A DNA stretch of 64,000 nt from Leucoraja erinacea (Eukaryota), in contig NC_073415.1 of NCBI RefSeq assembly GCF_028641065.1, positions 8,990,001-9,054,000 of the forward strand, written 5' to 3'. Below are positions 11,733 to 23,285 of this stretch, piece after piece. Each line of letters starts with the position of its first letter. Position 1 is the first letter of the stretch. The position numbers and the translations under genes are program-made. Under the pieces are notes generated by a model. The model saw nothing but the letters and a program-made list of their open reading frames with translations. It searched no databases and had not been told where the DNA came from.

Positions 11733-12344
11733 CTGGTAAATTTAAAGATTAAATAACCGCAAACGTTTAAAATTGTAAAGAATTTAGTACCGGACAAAAA
11801 CGGGAAGTAACAAACGGGGAAACGCACACGAACATTGCATAAATACACACACATCCAAGATCAGAGTTTTATAAGTATAGAGATTGGTACTGATTAGGGA
11901 TGATCAGCCATGATCACATTGAATGGCGGTGCTGGCTCGAAGGGCCGAATGGCCTACTCCTGCATCCATTGTCTATAAACAATACATTTGAGCTTAGCAT
12001 TAAGGTTAACAGGTGCATTGAGAATAGAATTATAAAATAAAAGGCACATCTGGTATTTCGTACAGGGAAATAATTAAAGGTGTTTGTTATATATACAAGA
12101 CATGTGTTTATAGTGACAAGGTTATAAAATGCCGACGAGGGAGAGGGATTTGGCTGCAGATGTGGCGGGCGGGGCGGTGAACGGGCATCAACAGCTGGAA
12201 TAACGGGCATCACAGCTGGAAATAACGGGTTCCCCCAATGCGCGGTATCGGGGGGGGGGGCGGCATTCAGCATCACATGCACATTAACCACCCCCCACAC
12301 ACACAGGGGGGGAGGGGTGAGAGGGGGTAGGGGGAGACGGGGTG

Positions 12345-12586
12345 NNNNNNNNNNNNNNNNNNNNNNNNNNNNNNNNNNNNNNNNNNNNNNNNNNNNNNNN
12401 NNNNNNNNNNNNNNNNNNNNNNNNNNNNNNNNNNNNNNNNNNNNNNNNNNNNNNNNNNNNNNNNNNNNNNNNNNNNNNNNNNNNNNNNNNNNNNNNNNNN
12501 NNNNNNNNNNNNNNNNNNNNNNNNNNNNNNNNNNNNNNNNNNNNNNNNNNNNNNNNNNNNNNNNNNNNNNNNNNNNNNNNNNNNNN
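12345..12586. other. Assembly gap (242 N)
   Basis: Run of N. Confidence 1.
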
Positions 12587-12899
12587 GACAGCTTTTGTGT
12601 TAAGTCATTGGAAAAGCAATAGGGAACAAGATGCTAATTTCCGAATATGAAAATGGCCATAACATTTTTAATACTGAAGATCTGAAAGTGAATTAGGTAT
12701 CAAATTAAAGTTATTTTTATGCTTTATCTGATGGGATAAATTACATGCTTGATTTTTACATTCCTACTTTTTGTTTGGACATTAATAAATGACAAGATAT
12801 CCCCCCGCTGATTATTGAGCTCCGCTTAATAGCTTGGCCATGAAATAAAAACGCTGCATGCCATGGGAGAATGCCATTTGATATGAGGATTGTACTAAC

Positions 12900-12966
12900 T
12901 TGTTAATGTGAATACGAACAAGACGAGGTGAAGGTATCTCCCGCTTGAAGTGAGTGTAGAGACCAT
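12900..12966 (-). CDS. Gene A exon 1, signal peptide (MVSTLTSSGRYLHLVLFVFTLT)
   Basis: ATG at 12966 (gtcATGG), hydrophobic core, phase-1 donor |gttagt; joins D1 in frame (...TLT-T-KGNG/FEV); same peptide in gene B. Confidence 0.8.
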
Positions 12967-13571
12967 GACTGCGACCCTTGGCGCCTGCTGCCTCTCCGAT
13001 CACCGCCCGTCCAAATGAACACAGCGCTCCCACAGCCCACAAACAAAAATTCTGTAGACCAAAGATTCTAGTATCTTTACTGTACACTGCCCTTAACATC
13101 AGTGGAAGATTCACACTGGCTCTGATAATCAGCGCAATGGGTGTTACTCCCCACCCTTCTCACCCTCGCCTACATTCCGATCATAAAAAAACACCATCGG
13201 CAGTTCCTTGCTTCATAGTACCCTACTCCTCTACTCCTGCCTCATCATAGTAAACCTCCTACATTCCGTTCACTGTAACCCCCTCCCTACCCAGTCTCCC
13301 ATCACAGTAACAACTTCCACCCCCACCACCGCTGTTCCCCATCATAGTTCATACCTTCATAAGTTCTAGGAGCAGAAAAGACCCATCAAGTCTATTCCGC
13401 CAATCAATCTTTGCTGATCTATCTCTCCCTCTCAACCCTATTCTCCTGCCTTCTCCCCATAACCCCTGACACTACTAAAGTATGCAGTAGGGTTTTTATA
13501 ACAAATGTAAATGATTCTGTTTGTGTCTACATGATACCAAGTGTGCTAATTTACAATTCACCATTTTGTAA

Positions 13572-14225
13572 ATCTTCTTTTCGTGTCTTTGAAGCTGGTT
13601 GGTTATATGACTTTCCCATTCCTTTACACAGTCCTTTGCGTTTTTATTGAACACGGCAAGATCCTTTGGGCTGCACTGGTTGGGTAGTAGGGGGCAGACA
13701 AGGCAGTGCTGCATTGTATGGTCCTCTTCTCCACATTCACAGGTGGTTTGGCCAGTTTCATAGCCCCATCTGGCCATGGCAGCTTTTGATCGCCCTGTTC
13801 CTGTTCGCAGGCAGTTGAGCGTCTTCCACTGGACCCATGGTGCTTCTGAGCCTGGAGGGAGGGCTTCAGAAGGAGGGATACCCATGTCAGTAGGAGGGGG
13901 GTCGTCCTCAAGCCTTTTTGTCCATAGTTGGAGTCTGGTTTCTTCCCGTGATGCTATTAGGGGCTGGACATGGCTGAGAAAGCTTCTCCTGGACTTCAGC
14001 CGTTGGGTCGGGGGTACACGTCTGTAGAGGAGGTGGCGTTCATCACTCGTGGCCTTGGTCATCTCTACTCGGCTGGCGACTTCCCGTCTCACATCAGCAG
14101 GGGCAATGCCAGCGAGGAGGTGCAGGTTGTTTATGTTGGTGGGCTTCAAGCAGCCAGTGATTGAGTGGCAGGTGTTATTCAACGCTGGGTCTAGTTTCTT
14201 GGCATGGGATGATCTATCCCAAACT
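13572..14225 (-). mobile_element. 5'-truncated Vingi/Ingi-like LINE (ORF C-terminus with zinc knuckle)
   Basis: ORF 13496-14281: ITGCLKPT...LAGIAP...LNCLRTGTGR...WGY...CECG...TMQHCLVCP; gacacgaaaagaaga 3' tail. Confidence 0.7.
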
Positions 14226-16152
14226 TTACAAATTTGTAAATGACCGAGCCTTAATACTTCCTCTCTATCGGTTGTTCCCACGTTGCTCCTAATTCTATTG
14301 ACGTTTCTGGTCTTTCATTTTGCAGCCCAGGGCATGACCCTTCCACATTCTCCACCGATTCAGGGCTGACACAGTGGTAGAGAAGTTCCTGCAAACCCCT
14401 GCCCACGGCCCGCACCACAGAGTGGTAGTGAGCGGATTCACAGCCTCACTTCTCCCCTCCAGCACACGTTGTATCTGGGCAAACACAGAGACATCGTGAG
14501 TGACTTCCCCTCCAGAGGATGAGAAATGACTGGAAGGTCAGCTCTGGGCCATGGGTATAATTAGCCTGGATAAATAGTCATAGAGGCTTACAGCGTGGAA
14601 ACAGGCCCTTCAGCCCAACTTGCCCACACTGGCCAACATGTCCCATGTACCCTTGTCCCACCTGACTGCGTTTGACCTACAGTATATCCCTCTAAATCTG
14701 TCCTATCCATGTACCTCTTTAAATGTTCCAATAGTCCCTTCCTCAAATATCTCCTCTGGCAGCTCGTTCCATACACCTACCACCCTTTGTGACGGAGACC
14801 CCGGTTTGATACTGACTACGGGTGCTGGTCTGTTTGGTTTGTACGTTCTCGCCCGTCACCCATTCGGTTTCCTCCCACACACCAAAGATGGATAGGTTTG
14901 TATGTTAATTGGCTTGGTATAAATGTACAATTGTCCCTCGTGTGTGGGATAATGTTAATGTGCGGGGATCGCTGGTCGGTGCGGACTCGGTAGGCCGAAG
15001 GGCCTGTTTCCGCACTGTATCTCTCAGCTAAACTACAGTGAACTACAAACTACAAGGCTACAAACCAAGAGTCGGGAAGTCGGTGGAGACTCAATGGCTC
15101 TTTTAAAATGGAGACACAAGGAACTGCAGATGCTGGTTTGTACAAAAAGACACACGGTGCTGGAGTAACTCAGAGGGTCATACATTTTTGGAGAACATGG
15201 ATAGGTGATTTGGATCAGGCTGCTTCTTCGGACTGACAATAATCGAGGCGCTGTTCCATTTATTGAGATGGTTCACTACCATTGTTGTCAGCTGTGAGCA
15301 ACTAACTCTGACATATCTCTTATCCTTACACCAGGAGGAAACAATTGAAGCTACCTCTTACCTGATTCTTCCCACGTGGTGTATTTGATGATCCTCCTGC
15401 CTCCAACATTAGAACCTCTCTCCTAACTGGATGGATAAGACAAGTTTGGAGGGTTACGGGCAAAATGCAGGCAGGTGGGACGAGTGTAGCTGGGATATGT
15501 TGGCCGTGTGTGGGCAAGTTGGGCCGAAGGGCCTGTTTCCACACTGTATCAGTCTATGACTCTAAATCCTTCCTTTAGTGTGGTGACCAGAACTGTATCT
15601 AGTACACCAGCTGTGATACAGATAGGGAACTTGGGATGATGAGACATTAGATGTTTAGTTAAAATGAAAAAAGAAAATGAAAAGGTTCAGGAAGCTGAAA
15701 ACAGACAAGGCCCATAAGGATTACAAATGGCGCAGAAAATAATTTAAGTACTTTGGGTGGCAAGGTAGCACAGCGATAGAGTTGCTGCCTCACAGCGCCA
15801 GAGATCTGGGTTCGATCCTGACTATGGGTGCTGTCTGTGCGGAGTTTGTACGTTCTTCCTGTGACCATGTGGGTTTTCTCCAGGTGCTCTAGTTCCCTCC
15901 CACACTCCAAAGATATGCAAAGACATGCAGGTTTGTAGGTTAATTGGCTTCTCCGAATTATCCCTTTAGTGTGAGATGCATTGAGATAACATACATAAGT
16001 GGGATAACTTGGAACTAGTGTGCCGGTGATCAATGGTGGACTCGATGGGCTGGAGGGCCTATTTCCACATTGTATCGCTAGACTCTAAAGAAACTGGGAG
16101 TTATAAAGAGGCCAATAATAGTTGTAGACAAGTAGGATTAACAAGTATCCCT

Positions 16153-16340
16153 TCATCTTCTTGTGTTTGCAGAGGTTATGTAACGCCCTGCAGGCCCTGT
16201 AGCCAGTTCAATGTGCTGTTGTCGAGGGCCGTGAGGTCTACCCCTCCACCAGGGGGACGGAGGACAGCGCAGTCGAAAATGACGTGCTGCGCTGTTTGCT
16301 GGTCTGCTCCACACATGCAGGCTGCTGATGAACACAGCTC
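16153..16340 (-). mobile_element. Short 3' fragment of a second Vingi/Ingi-like LINE
   Basis: CMCGADQQTAQHVIFDC zinc-knuckle motif, aagaagatgaag tail. Confidence 0.6.
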
Positions 16341-17187
16341 CCAGGAGTATCCCAATGCAGAGGGTTGGCAGGGGAAAGGTAGGTTCACTCAAGTACAAAG
16401 GAAGAAATGTACGTGTGGAGCCAGAGGAAGTGGGTGAGGTTATTTAGGAGTACTTTGCATCAGCATTTCACCAAGCAGAAGGATATGGATGATAGTGAGA
16501 TTAGCGTGGGGAATCTTTATAGAGACATGCAGCTTGGAAACATGCCACAGCCTCACAGAGAGACTTCAACTCCATTAGCCAAAAGATATAGTGTGCGGGT
16601 GATCAATGGTCGGCGTGGACTCGATGGGCCAAAGGGCCTATTTCCATGCTGCATCTCCAGTCATACAACATGGAAGCAGGCTCTTTGTCTAACTAATGCA
16701 TGACAACCAAGATGCCCCATCAATGCTAGTCCTATTTGTCCATGTTTGGCACATATTCCACTAAACTTTCCATATTCAGGAACTCATCCAGTATATTTAT
16801 ATTAAGAAAAATATGTTGGGTCTTTTGAAAAACATTAAGGTGGATAAGTTCTTGGAGTCTGATAGGATCTATCCGGTGATTCTGAGGGAAGCAAGTGAGG
16901 AGATTGCTGGGGTCATGACAGAGATGGACAGAGTGCTGGAGTAACTCAGCGGGTCGGGCAGCATGTGTGGAGAACATGGATAGGTGGCGTTTTGAATCAG
17001 GCTCCTTTTATGTCTCGACCTAAAGTATCACCTAGCCATGTTCTCCAGAGATGTTGCCACACCTGTTGAGTTACTCCAGCACTTTGTGTCATGTACATTA
17101 ACCAGCATCTGCAGTTCGTTGTCTCTACACTATGACAGAGATTCTCTGTTTTCTCTTTAGCCACAAAGTGCCAGAAGATTGGGGACT

Positions 17188-17449
17188 GTCACCTATCCAT
17201 GTTCTCCACAGATGCTGCCTGACCCGCTGAGTTACTCCAGCACTCTGTGAAACGTCACCTATCCATGTTCTCCACAGATGCTGCCTGACCCGCTGAGTTA
17301 CTCCAGCACTCTGTGAAATGTCACCTATCCATGTTCTCCACAGATGCTGCCTGACCCGCTGAGTTACTCCAGCACTCTGTGAAATGTCACCTATCCATGT
17401 TCTCCACAGATGCTGCCTGACCCGCTGAGTTACTCCAGCACTCTGTGTC
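17188..17449. repeat. Four tandem 66-bp units derived from the Penelope-associated dispersed repeat
   Basis: Units start at 17188, 17254, 17320, 17386 and are near identical. Confidence 0.95.
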
Positions 17450-18149
17450 AAAACCAAGAATCTTTGAGCCATTTGCAATTACACTGGAAGATAGCCAATG
17501 GCTTTGAATTTAACTGTAAACAGGATCATTTAACAGTCTAAATTATCTTGAATTGAAAGAATGTCATGTTGTTCTGACTGATTTTCATCAAAATGCTTGA
17601 ATGGACTCATTCTTCCCTCTTCAGAAAAATTAAAGATGCAGGAAGATGCAGAGAAGCATTCCCAAATGGGATGTGCAGTAAAAAATATGAGGTCATCCAC
17701 TTTAGAGCACAAAATCTAAAAGGAGGGTATTTTGGGTGTTCACAAGCATGTACATGTCCATGTACACATCACCTTGCAAACACAGCGAACAATTAGGAAG
17801 ACAAATGATTTGTTGCCTTTAATTATGAGAGTATTTGTAAAAAAGTAAAGCAGTTTTGCCTGCACATCTCCACTCCATACCAAGCCAGAGCCGCAGATTA
17901 TTCACACAGGTTCACGTCGATCGTTGCAAGCCTTGTACACTGTAAACAGCTACACAGTGGAATCGGCAGAATCGCTGATCACAACACATCCCCTCCACCC
18001 CCAACAAGCTCAATGCATTGCATGTGTATGAAGGAACTGTAGATGCTGGTTTAAACCAAAGATAAGACACAAAATACTGGAGTAACTCAGTGCTGGACCC
18101 GAAACATCACCTATTCATTTACGCAGAGATGCTGCCTGTCCCACTGGTC

Positions 18150-18960
18150 TAAGATTATGTTGGCTGCTTTCCCAAGGCAGTGTGTTTATGTGGAGTCACT
18201 GGTGGGTGGGGGAGGTGGGGAGAGGCCGGTTTGTGAGAGGCACAGAGCTGTAATCACATTTCGGCAGTTTCTTGCAAACTTGAGCAGAGCAGATGCCATG
18301 CATCTGATTAGGATACTTTGTGTGCTACGTCTATAGAAATTAGTAAGAGTCATTGGAGATGTGTCAAAATTCCTTGGCCTTCTCAGGAAGTAGAGGCGTC
18401 TGTGTGCTTTGTTGGCTGTTGCATCAATGTGGTGAGACCAGGACAAGTGGTTGGTGATATTTACCTCAAGAAACCGATCGCTCTTGGCCACCTCCTCCTC
18501 AGCATTGATGGCACAGACTGGGATGTGTGCTCCACCCCATTCCCTGAAGTCAATAACCAGCTTCCTTGCTTTACTGACATTGAGGAAGAGGTTGTTGGCA
18601 TCCTCTTGTTCCTAGAGTCGTTTGCAACCTGGCCCACTGTGGTGTCAGAGCAGAATGTGGCCACACAGTCACGAGTGCAAAGGGAGTATAGAAAGCGGCT
18701 GAGACCACAACCTTGTGGGACACCAGTTTCGAGCATGTTGTGTAGGAAAATCTCTGGAGAAAACCCCAGAGATAGGATTTACTCACTCTTGATGTGAATT
18801 TATCAGGAGAATCTGCAAGGTTTTGTAGCAACTGACCCCAAGATCCCTCCGAGAGTCTGGGGAAGGGTCTTTACGAGAGGTGGTGGTCCCAAGGTTGGAA
18901 TCAAGCATTTAATTGCAGAGGAGGTTGCTGAGATATAGGTCCAGAAGATTGGTTGTTGGA
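18150..18960 (-). mobile_element. Degenerate Rex1/Babar-type RT fragment (paralog 52985-54030)
   Basis: TGVPQGCGLS..LYSL.T.DC and FL.V.IT..LSWS.H...KA..RLYFLRR remnants with frameshifts. Confidence 0.75.
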
Positions 18961-20745
18961 GCTATGGTCAATAAATAGGGGGGGGCATAATAATCTTCTT
19001 AAAGCAGACAGAAAACTCAGGGTGGAGTAGGGGGAGGTTAAAGATGTCCTCCAGTAGTTTAGATTTGTTTATTGTCATGTGTTCCGAGGTGAGGACAAGA
19101 AAATAGGTTGGAGGTCACGTTACATTGATGATATTTGGGGTCTGCAAAGGGATATATAGTAGATAGGTTGAGTGCATGAGTAAAAACTTGGCAAATGGAA
19201 TTTAAGCACTTCAGCAAAAGGAATCTAAAAGCAGACTATTATCTACATGGACACAAAAGCTGGAGTAATCAGCGGATCTGACAGCATCTCTGGAGAAAAG
19301 GAAGAGGTGGTGTTTCAGAACTTTTGTTTAAAGCAGCTTCTTCGGTTCCTTCCTACACATATTATCTACATGGTGCAGGTTAGGAGATGGTGTGGTGTCG
19401 AGAGAGCTGTAGTTTAGAGATAAACTAAACTACAGCTTTAGAGACCTACGCAGGTCACAGGGAGAACGCACGAACTCCGTACAACAAGCACCCATAGTCA
19501 GGATCGAACCCGGGTCTCTGGCCCTGTAAGGCAGCAACTCTACCGCTGCCACCCTGCCACCCGATGAATTGTCCTTGTATGAATTGCACAAAGTCAGCTG
19601 GCAAATGGTTTACAAGGTAAATGGCATATTGGCAATAATAGCATCGACCTGGAGTTCAAGAATAGGGAGCAATTGTTTCAATTATACTGGGCTGTGGTGA
19701 GGCCACTCCTGTAGACTGGAAGGTGATAAATGTTTTATGAATCATGGAATTGAGGTGCTGCCTAACCCCCTGAGCTATTCCAACACTTTTTTTTTGTAAA
19801 TTAACCAATTAATCTACAAATCTGCCAATTGGTTAACTTGTTATCTTTCATTCTCAGTTCTGATAAAGGCTCTTTGACTTTGATTTTCATTTGAAACTCT
19901 TTTATGTTGCCTTGTCTTTAACTTTCAAGAGCTGGTTCTGCCACCATTGAGGTTGTGAATGCACATAAAACCTCCCTTTCACATTATTGGATTTGAATGA
20001 GAATGTGCAAGGCATGATTTGTATGTTTGCAGATGACACTAACATAGTTGGTATAGTAAACGCATGAAGATGTACAAGATATTAGTCTTGCCACCCTTAT
20101 TGTGTTCCGTGTTGGCCCTGCTAACGAAAGATGGCATGAAGCTGAAAATACTTACAAAGATGCTGCCAGGATTGAAGCATCTGAGCTGAAGTTGAGTAAA
20201 CTAGGGCCTTCTTATTCCTTAGAGTGCAAGAGGCTAACATTTATGAGGGCTTAATATTATTAAACTGATCTGAGTCAGGGAGACGGACTATCTGAGATGT
20301 CACCAATCCACGTTCTCCAGGGATACTGCCTGACCTGTTGAGTTACTCCAGCACTTTGTGTCCTTCCATGATCAAACTCAGTCTCTGATCTGATGACCAC
20401 ACAGTGACTTCCTTCTGTTATCAGTAAAGTTTACTGTTTCAGCATTCAACAACTGAAAATAGTATCCTAAACCTCCTATGGTTTAATTGCTCTCTCTGCT
20501 GGACAATATGCTTCAATACAGGTTGCTGTAAAATGCTTTGTTGAACGTCCCATTGTGGTAGTTGGATGGATTGGGACCATGAAGCTTAGAGGGTAACAAT
20601 GGAGAGATGGGGTGGGGGGTGGAGTGGTGAGGTAGGGTTGAATCATTCGTGGCTACAGGGAGAGTGGGTCATGTTTGCTGCTGGGGCTAGATGGCTGTAA
20701 TTAGCTGCTGACTATGGAGGGGGATTGAGATAGAGTTGCCATGAG

Positions 20746-21035
20746 GTGCAGAGTGGCGCAGTGGTAGAGTTGCTGCCTTACAGCATCATAGACCCGGGTT
20801 CAATCCTGACCACGGGTGCTTGTCTGTACGGAGTTTGTATGTTCTCCCTGTGACCGTGTGGGTTTTCTCCGGGTGCTCCGGTTTCCTCCCACACTCTAAA
20901 GACGTGAAGGTTGGTAGGTTAATTGGCTTCTATAAATTGTCCCTGGTGTGTAGGATAGAACTAGTGTGGGGCAATCATTGGTCAGCATGGACCCGATGGC
21001 CGAAGGGCCTGTTTCCGCGCTGTATCTCTAAAGTA
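20746..21035 (+). mobile_element. V-SINE (HE1-like), near full length
   Basis: Same head, core and tail motifs. Confidence 0.8.
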
Positions 21036-22917
21036 AAGTCTGAAGTATAGAAGGTAAGGTATAGCTTAAAGGTCATCAGTTAATGTCAGTTCCCAGTTAA
21101 AACCCACTCCAATTGTTAAGGCATCTCTATGGGTTACCACATCTTACACGTGAAGGAGCTGGAAGAAAGACTCTATACTTTGGAACCCACATGATTTAAT
21201 TTTTGATAAAGTTTTATCAGGTAGCCCACAAAAACATTATATCACATGGAACAATTTCTGGCCAGTATATTTCAGTTGGAAACCGTTTAAACATTTCTGG
21301 ATGACAAGCCTAACGCCTACGTTGGTCATCATCAGTGTATGGTTTTGGAACTAAAATGATTACTACGCACCTTTCAGCCAGAGTTCAAGTTCAAGTTCAC
21401 ATTTATTGCCACATGCACCAGTTAAGGTACAGTGGAATTTGATTTACCATGCAGCCACACAATCAAAATGAGCACAATACACAATAGAATACAACATGAA
21501 CATGTGGTGGAAGGCAATAACGTTCAGTCAGTCTTCCTTCTTTGTTCATCCGTGATCGGGGCCATGAACCCTCCGCAGTTGCCTCTACGGACGGCCCGAT
21601 GTACAGGCCGTCTTGTCGGGATGATCGAACCTCCGACTTCTTCAGTTATCCTTCTGTTGTGACTTGTAATATCTCAACCCTCTCACGCCCAGCTGACCTG
21701 ACTCGCATGTTGCTGCTAGTGTTCTTGCCTAAGGGGAAGGAGTTTTACTCTTGTGATTGAAAGTGAATGTTCACCTATTAATTTCCGTTATTTAATTCAA
21801 TGTCAAACACCAATAGATAGAAACACATCGACAACTCAGAAGGTATAAAATAAACTTGAATGCCACATTTGAATCCTCTCAATAAATGCTGCTTTTTTGA
21901 GTTTGTGTGTGTTTAGTTTATTATTAGAGTATCTTTGATCGGACTTTACTGGCTTTATCTTGCACTAAATGTTATTCACATTATTCCCTTCATCGTGTAT
22001 CTGTACACTGTGGACGACTCGTTTGTAATCATGTATTGTCTTTCCACTGACTGGTTAGCACGTGACAAAGGCTTTTCTCGGTACCTCGGTACACGTGACA
22101 TTAGACTAAACTCCAGCCTGGTAGGAACGTAGCCAGCCTGTGTTTAAAAGTCTGTACACTTTGGTTATATTTTCATCCCCTTAAAGTTAGGTCACCTCTA
22201 CCAATAGTGAGATCACTGAGAGAACCAGCGTAATGTGTGCTGTCTGTGTTGGACACTTACACAATGCACTGGCCGAGACATGGAGGTCACGGAGAGAAGG
22301 TACAAACTCCATACATACATCACCTGTAATCAGGATTAAACTCGGATCTCTGGGCTGTGAGGTAGCAACTCTACCGCTGCGCTACCATGCCGCCCGTAAA
22401 TGTAGATGACAAGCGGTGTGGGTGAAGGACATGTCCACGGGGTCGAGGGCAAGCCGCCAAATTAGATTCAAAAGTGACTTGGTATGACGAGATACATGGG
22501 TGATGAAGAGTATGGGCTTTGTTGATGCAAGCACATGACCAGTGATGTACCACAACGACTAGTGCTGACATTCTATACATGAACAGCTTGGATATGAATG
22601 TAGGAAGTCTGAGGAGTCAGCTTACAGATGAGGCAAACGCTGATGGTGTTGTTGAATAGGCTATAGGATGATATATATATAGGGCCGAGCTTCTATACCT
22701 TGTAAGGAGTTATCGTCTATTCCTGGAATCATAGCTTCTGTAGGCGTAGGGGTCATAGGTCCCAACTGAAGGAACTTGATGTAGTTGAGCTGATTGACCA
22801 CAGAAACAATGAGTGGCTGGCTCTGTTGCAGTGTTAAATATACAATCCAGAGATGTAGGAAAACTTTAGCAGAGGACAGTATGTGCGGAGACTTCTAGAG
22901 GTGTACCATAGATCATA

Positions 22918-23285
22918 TAGTGGTATACAAAATCATGAGAGGAATAGATTGGGTAGATGCAGAGTCTTGCCCAGAGTAGGGAAATCGAGGACCAGAGAAC
23001 ATAGGTTCAAGGTGAAGGGGTAAAGATTTAATAGGAATCCAAGGGGTGAAATTTTTCACGCAAAGGGTGGTGGGTGTATGGAACAAGCTGCCAGAGGAGG
23101 TAGTTGAGGCTGGGACTATCCCATCGTTTAAGAAACAGTTAGACAGGACAGGACATTGATAGGACATGTTTGGAGGGATATGGACCAACCGCAGGCTAGT
23201 GGGACTAGTGTAGCTGGGACATTGTTGGCCGGTGTGGGCAAGTTGGGCCGAAGGGCCTGTTTCCACACTGTATCACTCTATGACT
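22918..23285 (+). mobile_element. CR1-type LINE 3' fragment
   Basis: Degenerate ...RT.GH..KV.G.RF...FFTQRVV..WN.LPEEVVEA C-terminus and tail; similar fragments at 35310-35617, 37358-37785, 55780-56115, 58410-58870, 62118-62350 and on the minus strand at 60660-61080. Confidence 0.8.

Larger units (their letters stand above)
8803..11748. repeat. Tandem array of 477/486-bp units (six exon-bearing units plus a truncated one)
   Basis: Exon-end spacings 477, 477, 486, 477, 485 bp; units nearly identical. Confidence 0.95.
8705..11883 (-). mobile_element. Putative non-autonomous Helitron carrying a tandem mucin-exon array
   Basis: Minus-strand 5' end A|TCTCTATACTTATAAAA at 11883; 3' end CCCC-TCGTT-GGGG hairpin (8722-8734) 13 nt before CTAG|T (8705-8708); no TSD; absent from the paralogous intron of gene B. 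Confidence 0.65.
1..18985. repeat. Segmental duplicate unit A (paralogous to ~25025-53840)
   Basis: Collinear blocks: 1-944/25025-25963; 945-8445/27488-36748; 12767-13480/36748-38130; 14238-14790/46927-47490; 17400-18090/48400-49085; 18110-18985/52940-53840. Confidence 0.9.

Noticed and set aside
9120-11752. Plus-strand Val-rich 76-105 aa ORFs repeated in each unit
   Set aside because: Antisense shadow of the Thr/Ser-rich minus-strand frame; mostly TTG starts, and the splice signals are on the minus strand
12317-12650. ORFs spanning the N run
   Set aside because: Artefacts of the assembly gap
17188-17449. Regular repeats resembling a CRISPR array (also 23852-24205)
   Set aside because: Head-to-tail units without unique spacers, eukaryotic context, no cas genes
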